A DNA stretch of 57,836 nucleotides, the filler included, from Asterionella formosa (lineage: Eukaryota): assembly GCA_002256025.1 (NCBI GenBank). It is 6 parts of 6 records of this genome, joined end to end, with 100 filler letters (N's around TTAATTAATTAA, not from the genome) between each part and the next. Parts side by side here need not be neighbours in the genome. Positions count along the whole stretch, not along the records: positions 48,287 to 57,836 come from NKIB01010543.1; 5 more parts are not named here. One strand, 5' to 3'. Position numbers and translations under genes: made by a program. This document shows, piece after piece, positions 48,287 to 57,836 of this stretch (position 1 is its first letter; each line of letters opens with the position of its first letter). Under the pieces are notes generated by a model. It was not told the DNA's origin, did not search any database, and was given only the letters and a program-made list of their open reading frames with translations.

Positions 48287-49760
48287 TCATGTTCAGTGGC
48301 CATAATGACCTGCAATGGTGCTTTGGTGCCAGTATAGCTAGAAATATTTCGATAAACCAATTTCTTCAGGAATATGGGAGTTTTTTGGAAGATATCCTGT
48401 ATCGGTGCATAACAATTCCAATTCCTTGGGGCATTCAGGGATGATGCAGTACTTAAGGGCAAGGTGAAAAACTTGATCATAATGTTCATCCACATTTGCA
48501 TCTTTTCCTGGGTCACGGACTTGACATAATCCGCCATTTCTAGCAAAAAGATAATGCACAAAACGGATGTTTTCCTCCTCATCTAATCGTTTGCAATAAA
48601 CAATTAGCACATAGTTACTGTCATGATGAAGTGGATGACAATCACCTTGGTATGACAAATATACGGTTTGTCATTACCCTTTTCTGGGTTCTCATCCAGA
48701 TCAAATATAACCTTTACATCAGTTGGATGAAAATCATGAATTATATAATGGATCATAGAGGTAATTGTTTCAAGGTCCCAATATGCAAGATCTTTTAAAT
48801 TTGATGATGATTTTTTGATACCTTTGACTCCATAAAATACAGAGGCGTAATTGCATATTTCTTGTGGGGTACGTGTGTACAAATGTTTCCACAATTTTAG
48901 TTGTCCGTGCGTTTTTGGCAAAACTCAAGGAAAATGCCGTTTGCTTTGGCATAATAGCACTACAAATTTCACATGCCGACTCTTCACAGAAGTAGCTGCC
49001 TTCGGGATTGTTCTCGATGATTTTACAAAGAAAATCTTTTTCTTCCATGCATGATTTGGAAAAAGATTCAGTTTTGTGCTTCAAACTTCGTTCCCGACTC
49101 AGTGCATCAACTGCCTTAGCCAGCATCACATCTCTGTCTGCATTGACATTCTTGAATTCGAGGTCTTGATCTGACTAGCGCATTCTTTTTGAAATGCAAT
49201 AGTTTCTCTGCTTTCATGATGTTCATCTTGATGTTCTGGATGAATAGTGAAACATATTTCTTGGTTTTGCAATTTTTCGACCAATTCTACTTCAGAAGTG
49301 ATGTCTCCCACATTTCCGCTGGTATTTTCGTTCATCTCACGAACTTGTTCATCAAATGAGCGAGAATCACTGAGTTCTTCATCATTATCAGCGATGTCAG
49401 GTGAACGACCAAAATACGACCCTGGATGAAACTGTGACTCTTTAGGAATAGACTCTTCATCCACGAAGAACAACTGTTTGGGTTTCCTCTTCGAATGCAA
49501 GGCAATATTTCCTTCTTTTCAATATCTGCCACTATTGAATCGGCATACTTGCTTCATTTTTTCTGGAGAATTATGAATCTGTTCAAATTCATCTGATCTT
49601 TGGGTGTATTCAAAGGAATCTTCGATTGTTTTCATAAGTTTCTTCATCTTTTTTTGAGAAAACATAAAGTTGTGTATTGTAAACAACGGAAGTAAGTCAC
49701 GATTCTCTTTTGACTGATCCTTTCCATGAAACCCATGAAATGCCATTTGGGAAGTTGTCA
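48287..49760 (-). pseudogene. Fragmented coding remnant of unknown identity, probably transposon-borne
   Basis: A chain of overlapping minus-strand ORFs (49519-49761, 49126-49500, 48770-49129, 48604-48921, 48338-48658) suggests one frameshifted gene. Confidence 0.4.
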
Positions 49761-50199
49761 AAGGGTCAGAAGACTATGATGTAAAACAGTGGAAGGGAAA
49801 TGCGGAGCTTTTTGCGGCGCTTGTGGTGGTGCAACTGGTGTGATGGTAACCGAGTGTAGTAATTGTCGAAGAGGATCACAGTGTAATATGCATGCATGTT
49901 GTGCCAGAAGCACGAGCTATAGTGTTTACACAACATAAATATAACAAGAAAAAACGACACGACAGTGCATGTGATGGCTGGCTGTAGAGGATAACGATAT
50001 GTGATATGCATCAATCCATATCACAAATCATAATTTGGTGATTTATTCATCATTGCATCCATATACTTTGATCATACTCAGAATATACTACTATCATATC
50101 AACCATTTGCTTTCGAATATATGTATTAACAAATATACTTTATGATTGATCAATCTTTCTTCTTCTATGATGTATTGATAACATTTGTTTACATATTAA

Positions 50200-50570
50200 C
50201 AGTGTACGCACGCACACGCTAAGCAGGTTTGAGGCAACGGACAGTTCCAATGAGCAAGTCACAACATGGATACCAATTTTTCCAGCGGCAAACCACAACG
50301 ATAATGATGAAGAATAGTCGTCCCTCTATTGATGATGACGGGGACACCGGCTTTTCCAGGAGCAAACAACAATGAAGAGAGCCACTTGTCGCTCTATCGA
50401 TGGTAACAAAGATGCGGATAAGTTCAACAGTGAATACAAGAACAACATACCAATGAAAACAAGTCGACAGTGTGTGTACGCACACGCTAAGCATGTTTGA
50501 GGCAACGGACAGTTCCAACAAGCAAATGACGATACAGATATCAAATTTTTCCTACCAGCAAACAACAATA
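50200..50570 (+). repeat. Direct repeat of about 95 bp (about 50200-50300 and 50467-50570)
   Basis: acgcacacgctaagca.gtttgaggcaacggacagttccaa..agcaa is present twice. Confidence 0.8.
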
Positions 50571-51830
50571 CCCATCCATGGCTTCAATAAACTTGGTGAG
50601 GATTGTGGGTCCTCCAATGTTGGACTTCAGCACATCTTGTGCCACACGCAATCTCTTGGTGTAGTCTTGTAGACTTTCTCCTCCTTTCTACTTGTATTAA
50701 AAATCTTACTCATTACATCTAAAATGATCGGCAATAAATATCAATTATCTTGAAAATTTAATGTATGTTCTTTAATTGCCATAAGCAATGTTATTGGGTC
50801 ATTTTCGATCCCATTGTAATCGGAAAGAATAAAATTTTTGCATAAAAGTGTCCGAAAATGCATCAACCGTCATTCAGGGGAGTTCGTGATCATTTCCGCG
50901 ATGCGAAGCTTTTATTCGCGTAAAGAACAAGCAGTGTTTTGTTGAATGGCTGAAAGTATGTCTATAGTAAACTGTCAAATGACCTTATCAAGATTCCATA
51001 GAAATATGGACCACGATAATTAGTACTTACATAAAGTCACTACAAAATTGACGTGGAGGCATTTCTTGCATCTTGAGATGCTGTGCCTTCTCCGAGAATA
51101 CTGTCGCTCAAGTTTTCTCTTCCATTTCTACAAAACATAGAAAAGCTTCTCGAGTCAAAGTGATCGCGATAATCATCGCGGAATCAAAACTGTCGCTACT
51201 TTGGTCATATCTTCAAAACCGAGCAAATGACGACCAAAAACAACTTCCAGCGCCGATTTCAACTTTTTGTTGTCAAGACGAATGCAAAAATTTTGATTAT
51301 TGAACGACAATCTCGTCTTTGTTAGTTTACATGCATGTACGAGATAGGAATTGTTCATTGTCAATATTCGTGAAGATATTCAAATCCATAATTTCGTCAT
51401 GGTCAAGATGGAGTTGCTGTCTCATCAACCCCATACCACAGGCAGCTGTACAAACACACATGCAAGTACTGGTAGTACCCAGTAGTATTTAGTATGCCAA
51501 GCATCTATAATATACATCACTATATACATATGTTGTACCAGCAGTTGGAATTCACATGCATTCCTGTTGGTCTGTCATTACTACTTGGCAATAAAAGTCC
51601 ACATCATACATTTCGGCATTGTACTTGGAATTGTTGTATGTATCCATGCATTGCTACTTTTTGGCAAAAGTCCACAAATACAAAATGTCTAGTTCTTCCA
51701 ACTCAGCTCACAATTCCTCCTCTGAGGAGGATGATAGCATCTTGCAGAGCTCAGGAGATAGTTCGTCAGATGATAGTGCTTCCTCTTCTGGGAAAAAGGG
51801 GTAGACGCCATTAACTTTTCCATCCTGCCA

Positions 51831-52790
51831 TTGTCACCTGCAGGCGACACTCCAGCATGCACTGTCCATTTTATCATGCAGACAATGACTGATGATTATA
51901 CTTTAGCTTGTTGCAAGGCTGTCAAGACGATTTGGCCAAATGCCGAATTTACATTTGGTATGTGCTCGTATCATGCCTGGTGGAATGCATGGGTAAAGAA
52001 GCATAGAGGAAAGTTCAAGAGATACGACAAAAACAAGAAGAGAATGGGTGAAGACTTCGAGGCGTATAAAAGAAGTCCCTGGATACAGCTAGTTCCAATC
52101 CTTCACGATTTGATGATTTTCAAGTGGATCAAGACATAAAAGTAAAAGAAAGTCGCAACTGCATGATTGAAACAATGGGGTCCCACCATTCACAACAGAA
52201 TTGAATTGAACAGTTCCAATCTACTTCGTGGTGGTTTGCCTGCACACAACAACAGTTCAAAGGGCATCAACAGTGGTGATAAAGATAATTCATTCTTTGA
52301 CCACAGGAAACCTTTAATGGCTAACTTCATTCATAACATGTCTTACATGTTAGAGGATTGTTCCAAAGGGGACTAGATCAATTTCTACAAGTCAATTTAT
52401 AAGCTTCTTGAGAAAAGCCAAAATGGAGAAGCTACATTTCTCACATTGACATTTGATTTCAAGTGTGATGCAATTAGAATTGGAGAGAGTTCATTGTTGA
52501 TTGCGACATTGTCATTTGTAGACCTAAATATTATGTCCTCTATGCAAACAATGCAGTCCCAAAATGCTGCAACTGCATTTTCACAGCACAGTCAACTATC
52601 CCAATCTCGAAAAAGATATCTTTATATCGGGAACACAGAATCAGTTACTGCACTAACTGTTATGCAATTGATAAAATAGAACAAAATGCATGATGAGTAC
52701 AAGCGCCTTATCCGAAATCCTGAACAGCATTCTGCTAACCACACATTTGATGATTTCCTTTCCCTCACCAGAAGGTTTCACCTTATTGCA
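51831..52790 (+). mobile_element. MULE/Mutator transposase remnant, catalytic part
   Basis: TMTDD...CKAVKTIWPNAEFTFGMCSYH (second Asp plus CxxH) and HNNSSKGIN (TNNxxEgxN with Glu changed to Lys). Stops are present. Confidence 0.75.
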
Positions 52791-52809
52791 CCTATTGTGT
52801 CCAAGAGTG

Positions 52810-53680
52810 AAAACGATGATGTTGCTCTAACTTACTTTTTAGGAATTTCCCAGTTATTGCCTTGAACATTTATTAGCCCAACCGATTTATTGCATAAGCA
52901 AGTGAGTTTTCGTTTCATGCCCTTTTTCCATTTTTCATCAACAGGAATTCCTTTTGCCCTAGCCTCAGCAATTTAACATGCTGGTTTCATGTTCAATTTA
53001 TTCAGGGAAGTAATTAACACAGACTGATAATATTTGTGATAGCTTTTTCTTATGCCATCCTTGACAACGATATGTTGTGTTTGTTTTAAGTTTTAAGTCA
53101 TCAATCTCAATTGTGGTCAAATTTTTTTGGTATTGAATAATTCCCGAATTACAAAGGGACACTTACAAGAATGAAAAGATGTGCATCTTTTCTTGGTAAC
53201 TCTAACGCCATCAGCTCTAAGGTATGGATGATCTTTTGCTAACCACATAAGCCTCCCGCCACCTCCAAAAATCCGTTGTCCCAAATCGCAAAGAATACCT
53301 TCATCCTCCCCAGTCTTGTTATCCATAGCAAAATAATTGTTCACCCAAACCTCGACTTTTGTTTCATTTGGTGGATTGACGAAAACACTGTCATCAAGTG
53401 CTAAAAGAACCTTGCTTTCCAAGATTCCAGGCTCTTCTGTGACAGTACCCATTGCACCCTCGATTTCTTCGATATCACAGCTGCTGAAGTCATCCTCGTT
53501 ATCATCTTCAAATTCAGGCTGTTTTTCGATAGTAACAGAACTGTCACTGTTGTTGTGACTGTGACTGTCACTGTGACTGTCATCTTTGTCAACCACTTCT
53601 TTGCTTCCATCTGAGATATCTTCCATCCCAGTGGTTTTCAAACCGCCAGGTCGGGATGTCAACAAGTTTCGCCTCAACAT
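52810..53680 (-). mobile_element. Probable N-terminal part of a MULE-type transposase (acidic region plus a WRKY/FAR1-like Cys motif)
   Basis: KKRCTSFHSCKCPFVIRE follows an acidic N-terminus and continues as a broken frame toward 52810. Confidence 0.45.
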
Positions 53681-53790
53681 GGAGGAGCGTCGTTTATTTA
53701 AGTTAATAAGGGCATTGCTAATGGTGGACCAAAACGCCAACAAATACCCGGTAGGAATATGACGTAGCCACTGTGAAACTGTCCCTATTA

Positions 53791-54198
53791 CTATGCTGGT
53801 ACTCTGGTATTGTTATTTTCATAGGTCTGTACCCATTTACTATAGGTGTCATAATCAGCCTTAAACTCAATCTCATATTGCCGATTCTCTGCAGCGAAAT
53901 CTTCTTCTATTGTTGCATGGCTCACTTGCATTCTTGGCATACATGCCAATGTGTTAATTGGTTCTAACAACTTGAGTGCAGTTCCAATGTCATTGCCATA
54001 ATCGAACACTTTCTTGGTGCTGTTGATGAGGTACTCAGTAGTAGTCTCATGGTCAGATGCCTGCTTCTCCAATCTGAGGTAGTAGTTATAGTCATTAACT
54101 GACTTCTTGTTGGTGTGAGAAGCATTATTGCTTCCTCCCTTGGCTTGAAACTTGTCCTTGGCCTGAGCCTTCTTGTTTAGCTTTGCTGTGCCACTCAT
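53791..54198 (-). mobile_element. Copia (CoDi-type) gag fragment
   Basis: KKSVNDYNYYL.LEKQASDHETTTEYLIN..KKVFDYGNDIGTAL...QYEIEFKADYD resembles the N-termini of diatom Copia gag proteins. Confidence 0.65.
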
Positions 54199-54894
54199 TA
54201 TGCGCCTTGTGCAACTTCTTCAGACTCTGGATGGTCTGGTACCCTCAAATCTTGTATCTCTGGACTCTCCACAGTCTGCCTGTTGTTGATTGTGATATTA
54301 TGGTGCTTCCTGGCTGGCTGATTTTATAAAAACTGATGAAATTGCATCCTAAAGCCCTCTATTGCTTTCTTATATCCTGTAAGGATACATCAGGGACTAA
54401 ATAGGCTGTAGATATGATCAAGGATATGACTGAAATCGATTGAAATTGTTCCCATGAGTTTTAATAGAATGATGGGTTTACAGGTATATAGATTGTTTTT
54501 GAATTCTGAGTTTTTTCTGGTGCAATAATCTTTTTTGATCCATTCAATTCATTATGTAGAAGGAAATTCATACTGGGATTTTTCTCTCCTAAAATAATTT
54601 CTCCAACAAGTTGTGTTAGATATTGCTCTTTGATCGCTATTTTACATGGTACCCTTCGATAGCTCTAATTACAGCATTAGGTTCCGTATTCTCCCCATTG
54701 TCTGTTTGATAGGAGAATAAGTGAAACACCTGAGACTTTCGGAATGTAATATCAAACTCTAGGCAGCCAAAGACACACACTCACTTTGAAACATTTGTTA
54801 ACAAGTCACTGCCTGTCTCATTCTTGGAGGTGGTTGCAACAAAGATTTTGACAACAATTAGCAAGCCATTGCATAAAAGGAGAGAAGGAAAGGG

Positions 54895-55880
54895 ATGGTG
54901 ACAATCAAGAAGGAACCAAAAAACAAGGGACTGGGGCCTGTCACTTCTTGTTGCCTTAGTGTCAGTATCCTATGGATTGTTGTCAGTTTTGTAATGATCT
55001 TCTTGGACGACAATGGATCATACTTGCTGGATGTGCAACATGAATCATTCGATACCAAAGTTCATCCTCCATTGATAGGCTCGTTTTCGGCTTACGTCTT
55101 TGTCAGGGATGAGAATCATCGCCTACCCAAGTGGATTGCTTATCATTATCATACTTTTGGACTTGAGTACCTTGTTATTGGTATGAAAGAATCAAGCAAA
55201 AGCTCCCCCAAGTTGGTCCTGAAATGCTGGCTTGAGAAAATTAGAATTGATGTTTGGGATTAAAAGAAATATGCACCTCCTGAAAAGATGAAAATTCGGC
55301 ACGAGGGGGCAGACGACCTCGAAGTTCTTCACCTACGACGGGAACAACTCTTCTACATGCAGTGCAGTCGGCATTTAAAAGCACAAGACAGGACCTGCAC
55401 ATTATTTGTAAATACCAATGAGTTTGTTTTTTCAGCTATCGAGAAGAGACAACCAAGCCAAATAATTTACAAGCGGATTATCAAGGTATAATAATTCCCA
55501 GCGTAAGGGACAAGGGCGCAGTTAGTAAATTCCTCAAGCAGGAAGTGAAGAAGGGAGGTAGTCTCTCGCAGCCCTGTATAACCATGCCCCGTTTGCTTTT
55601 CATTGCCAACAAAATATCGCTTGCTGACCCAACGAACATGAGCACACTCCGTTTCAGAGGACATGCAAACCGCGACTTGCTGAGTGCGAACAGATTAGCA
55701 AAGAACATGATTGACTTGTCAAGTCCATCCCGATATTTACTAATCCATCTGCTGTTTTGTTTCAGTATGATAAGTTTGCAAGCCTGGAGGTTGGCTCAAA
55801 TGGCAACGTTCGGCCTTGGTTCGAGGGATTTGTTGAAACAGAATCACATGCACTTGAGTTGCTTGAAGGAGCTGGAAAAT
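54895..55880 (+). pseudogene. Type II membrane glycosyltransferase (GT92/GT-A-like) pseudogene
   Basis: N-terminal TM helix, then FSAYVFVRDENHRLPKWIAYHYH, FYMQCSRHLK...FVNTNEF (degenerate DxD), PCITMPRLLF and KNMIDLS. Stop at 55261-55263 and frameshifts. Confidence 0.75.
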
Positions 55881-56293
55881 TTGACTTTAAGAGATGACGA
55901 CGTTGCAACTGGAGCTGTCAGAGGAGTTCATTGATGACGGTTTAGTTTATATGATTTCCCATAAAGATTAGCGAAATTTTCTGATTTTTCGTCGTTCTCA
56001 TAAGCTTACTGATACAATGAATGGGACGCTCCAAGCGACAAGAATAACAGTGACATGTAGTGGCTGTCAAAATAATGGTACTCCGGTAGCAAATTCAGTC
56101 TCGCCACTGGTATTTGATGTATGTGTTCACCCTGACGAGGTGCACAATGTATTTCCGCACCGTCATTGTGCTCTGTTTTCTGAATCATGGAGGTCTAGCT
56201 TAAGAAGTGGCTCCGCATCATATTCTATCAGGCGTCTCGCGTAATTTTCTACATCTAACAGAAGTAGTTTGGCATTCGAGATTGCGATGATGA

Positions 56294-57279
56294 CTAAATG
56301 ACTCGTACGTTGCCTGTGGAATAGTATCGACGATGGCCATGTTTTCGATGTGTGCCAATTATTGGGTTTTCCATGTCAGTTTGTGTTGACGCCAATAAGA
56401 ATTGACTTTCGCCGGCAAAATTGTCGGGAGACAGTGGTGGTGGTAGCTCCTCGTACTCTTGGTCCGGTGGGTAAATGAGACAGAGTGTGCCCTGACATAC
56501 GCCAAGAAGCAGACCCATGGCATTTGGGACAAATATGACAGGATCCTTCCTGGCAAATCCGTATGCCAACCAAAACATTGTGTTAATGACGGTCATAACC
56601 ATTGAAGGAACATGAATGCAATCTGAAGAACCGGTTCGGACAACTTGTGCTAATGCTTGGAGTGGGGCCCCGAAGAAAAAAATGAGATTGATGTTAACCA
56701 TCAGGCCAATGACAGTGGCAGTTGAATCTGGTGCTATCCAGCCGACCCAAATAAGAATCCAGGACCAACCAGCTAATACCCAGAGAAGAAGCGTCTCTTG
56801 AGGTAGAATAACCTTGGAGCCTTTCTCTCCAGAATCATCAGAAAGGTCATCATCAGCTGCGAATCCCGAAAAAGTTGTTTGTGTCGAAGATTCGTTTCGG
56901 TGCTCCTCTATAAACTGAAGCTTGACAGCCCCCATGTTGAGCCACAGGGAAATGAGTAAACCAGGGAGATTCGACGCCAGTACAAATGCATCATCGGTAT
57001 AGTATGCATACACACACCAACCAAGGCAATTACCAGTTTGAATCGCCCAAGGTATCGGATTGAGCCCTCCCAGTTTGCCCTTGAGAATCGCTTCCTTGAG
57101 ATCATGAATAGGCGCTATTTCGAAGTGGCAAGGATGGAGTGGCTAGAAATGAGTGCACGAGAGAATTCTTGCAGGAGAAAAATTGATGAATGTAACAGCT
57201 TACCGGAAAACATTAGGCCCGACACGATCACTCCTAAGCTTGGGCAAATGTAATTCAAAATAAGGGTTCTGGTCAACAT
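56294..57279 (-). CDS. SWEET: SWEET/MtN3-saliva sugar transporter; exon 1 57279-57204, intron 57203-57115, exon 2 57114-56294
   Basis: Spliced product MLTRTLILNYICPSLGVIVSGLMFSAPIHDL...GGLNPIPW...NCLGWCVYA...SNLPG...FFGAPLQAL.QVVRTGSSDCI...FWLAYG...DPVIFVPNAMG, giving two MtN3 repeats. Confidence 0.93.
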
Positions 57280-57836
57280 GGTCGTGGCTGAGAATGTCGA
57301 TCGAGGACGCTGCGAAAAAATGACAGAGTGGTGGAGGGAGGACAGAGCAAGAGTAGTACCTGGTAGTCTATCTAACAAAGCGGAACATGAGCGAAAACTG
57401 TGAACATTCAGCCCTCAGCAATCCAAATAAAACTGTGATACACCCAACATGTTAAAAGCTTCGTACTCCTTCTCGCGTGTGGGTATCTCCTTATGTATAG
57501 TAGGAGTAGAACTTAGCTGTTGTAGTGGGCGCGCTCTGATAATAAAAAATTATTATATCATGTGTGTATTATAACACAAATTATTCTGGTGAACTGCTTC
57601 ATAATATCGTCCTTGCGCTCTGATAATAGAGATATTTTAGATTACTTCTCTGACATTATATATATTTTTAACCTTAATTTTCAACAGTTAAATTTTCATA
57701 TCGATGCATCTCTTGTATGCTATGCCGCCTCTTGTTCATTATATGCATGAGTTCTATATATTCATCATCGTCGGTCACTGACCATGTCGACTTTCATCTC
57801 ATCTCCTGATGATGATGATGATGACATTATGATCAC

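Overview
This window is eukaryotic nuclear DNA, most likely from a diatom, judged from short GT-AG introns, CoDi-type Copia remnants, a CryptonS-type element and a GT92-like glycosyltransferase. It is not one locus. Five identical 100-nt linkers (N44-TTAATTAATTAA-N44) join six contigs of steadily decreasing length (9565, 9561, 9555, 9554, 9551 and 9550 nt), so adjacency across a linker is artificial. Host genes: Mpv17/PMP22, Rad1 (9-1-1 clamp), histidinol dehydrogenase, a class I SAM methyltransferase, a peroxisomal (SRL) ACAD10/11-type acyl-CoA dehydrogenase, adenylosuccinate lyase (3' truncated), ubiquitin-RPS27a (3' truncated), a SWEET transporter, an unusual Sel1-like/3-TM protein and a GT92-like pseudogene. 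The rest is a diverse set of transposable elements: a two-gene PIF/Harbinger, three Copia remnants, a DIRS/Ngaro-like RT remnant, a Crypton tyrosine-recombinase transposon, MULE remnants, DD39D mariners and a tRNA-derived SINE. Three observations stand out. (1) A complete DD39D mariner (30-bp TIRs, TA TSD) carries a second, convergent gene for a Cys/His-motif, HIRAN-like protein, and a related gene recurs beside a second mariner fragment. (2) A tRNA-headed SINE has a 10-bp TSD and an empty-site homolog elsewhere in the window. (3) A CTGGTACCAG/GGTACCA motif lies upstream of 7 of 8 housekeeping genes and is also the mariner insertion site. All family assignments come from motif recognition by eye; no database search was run.
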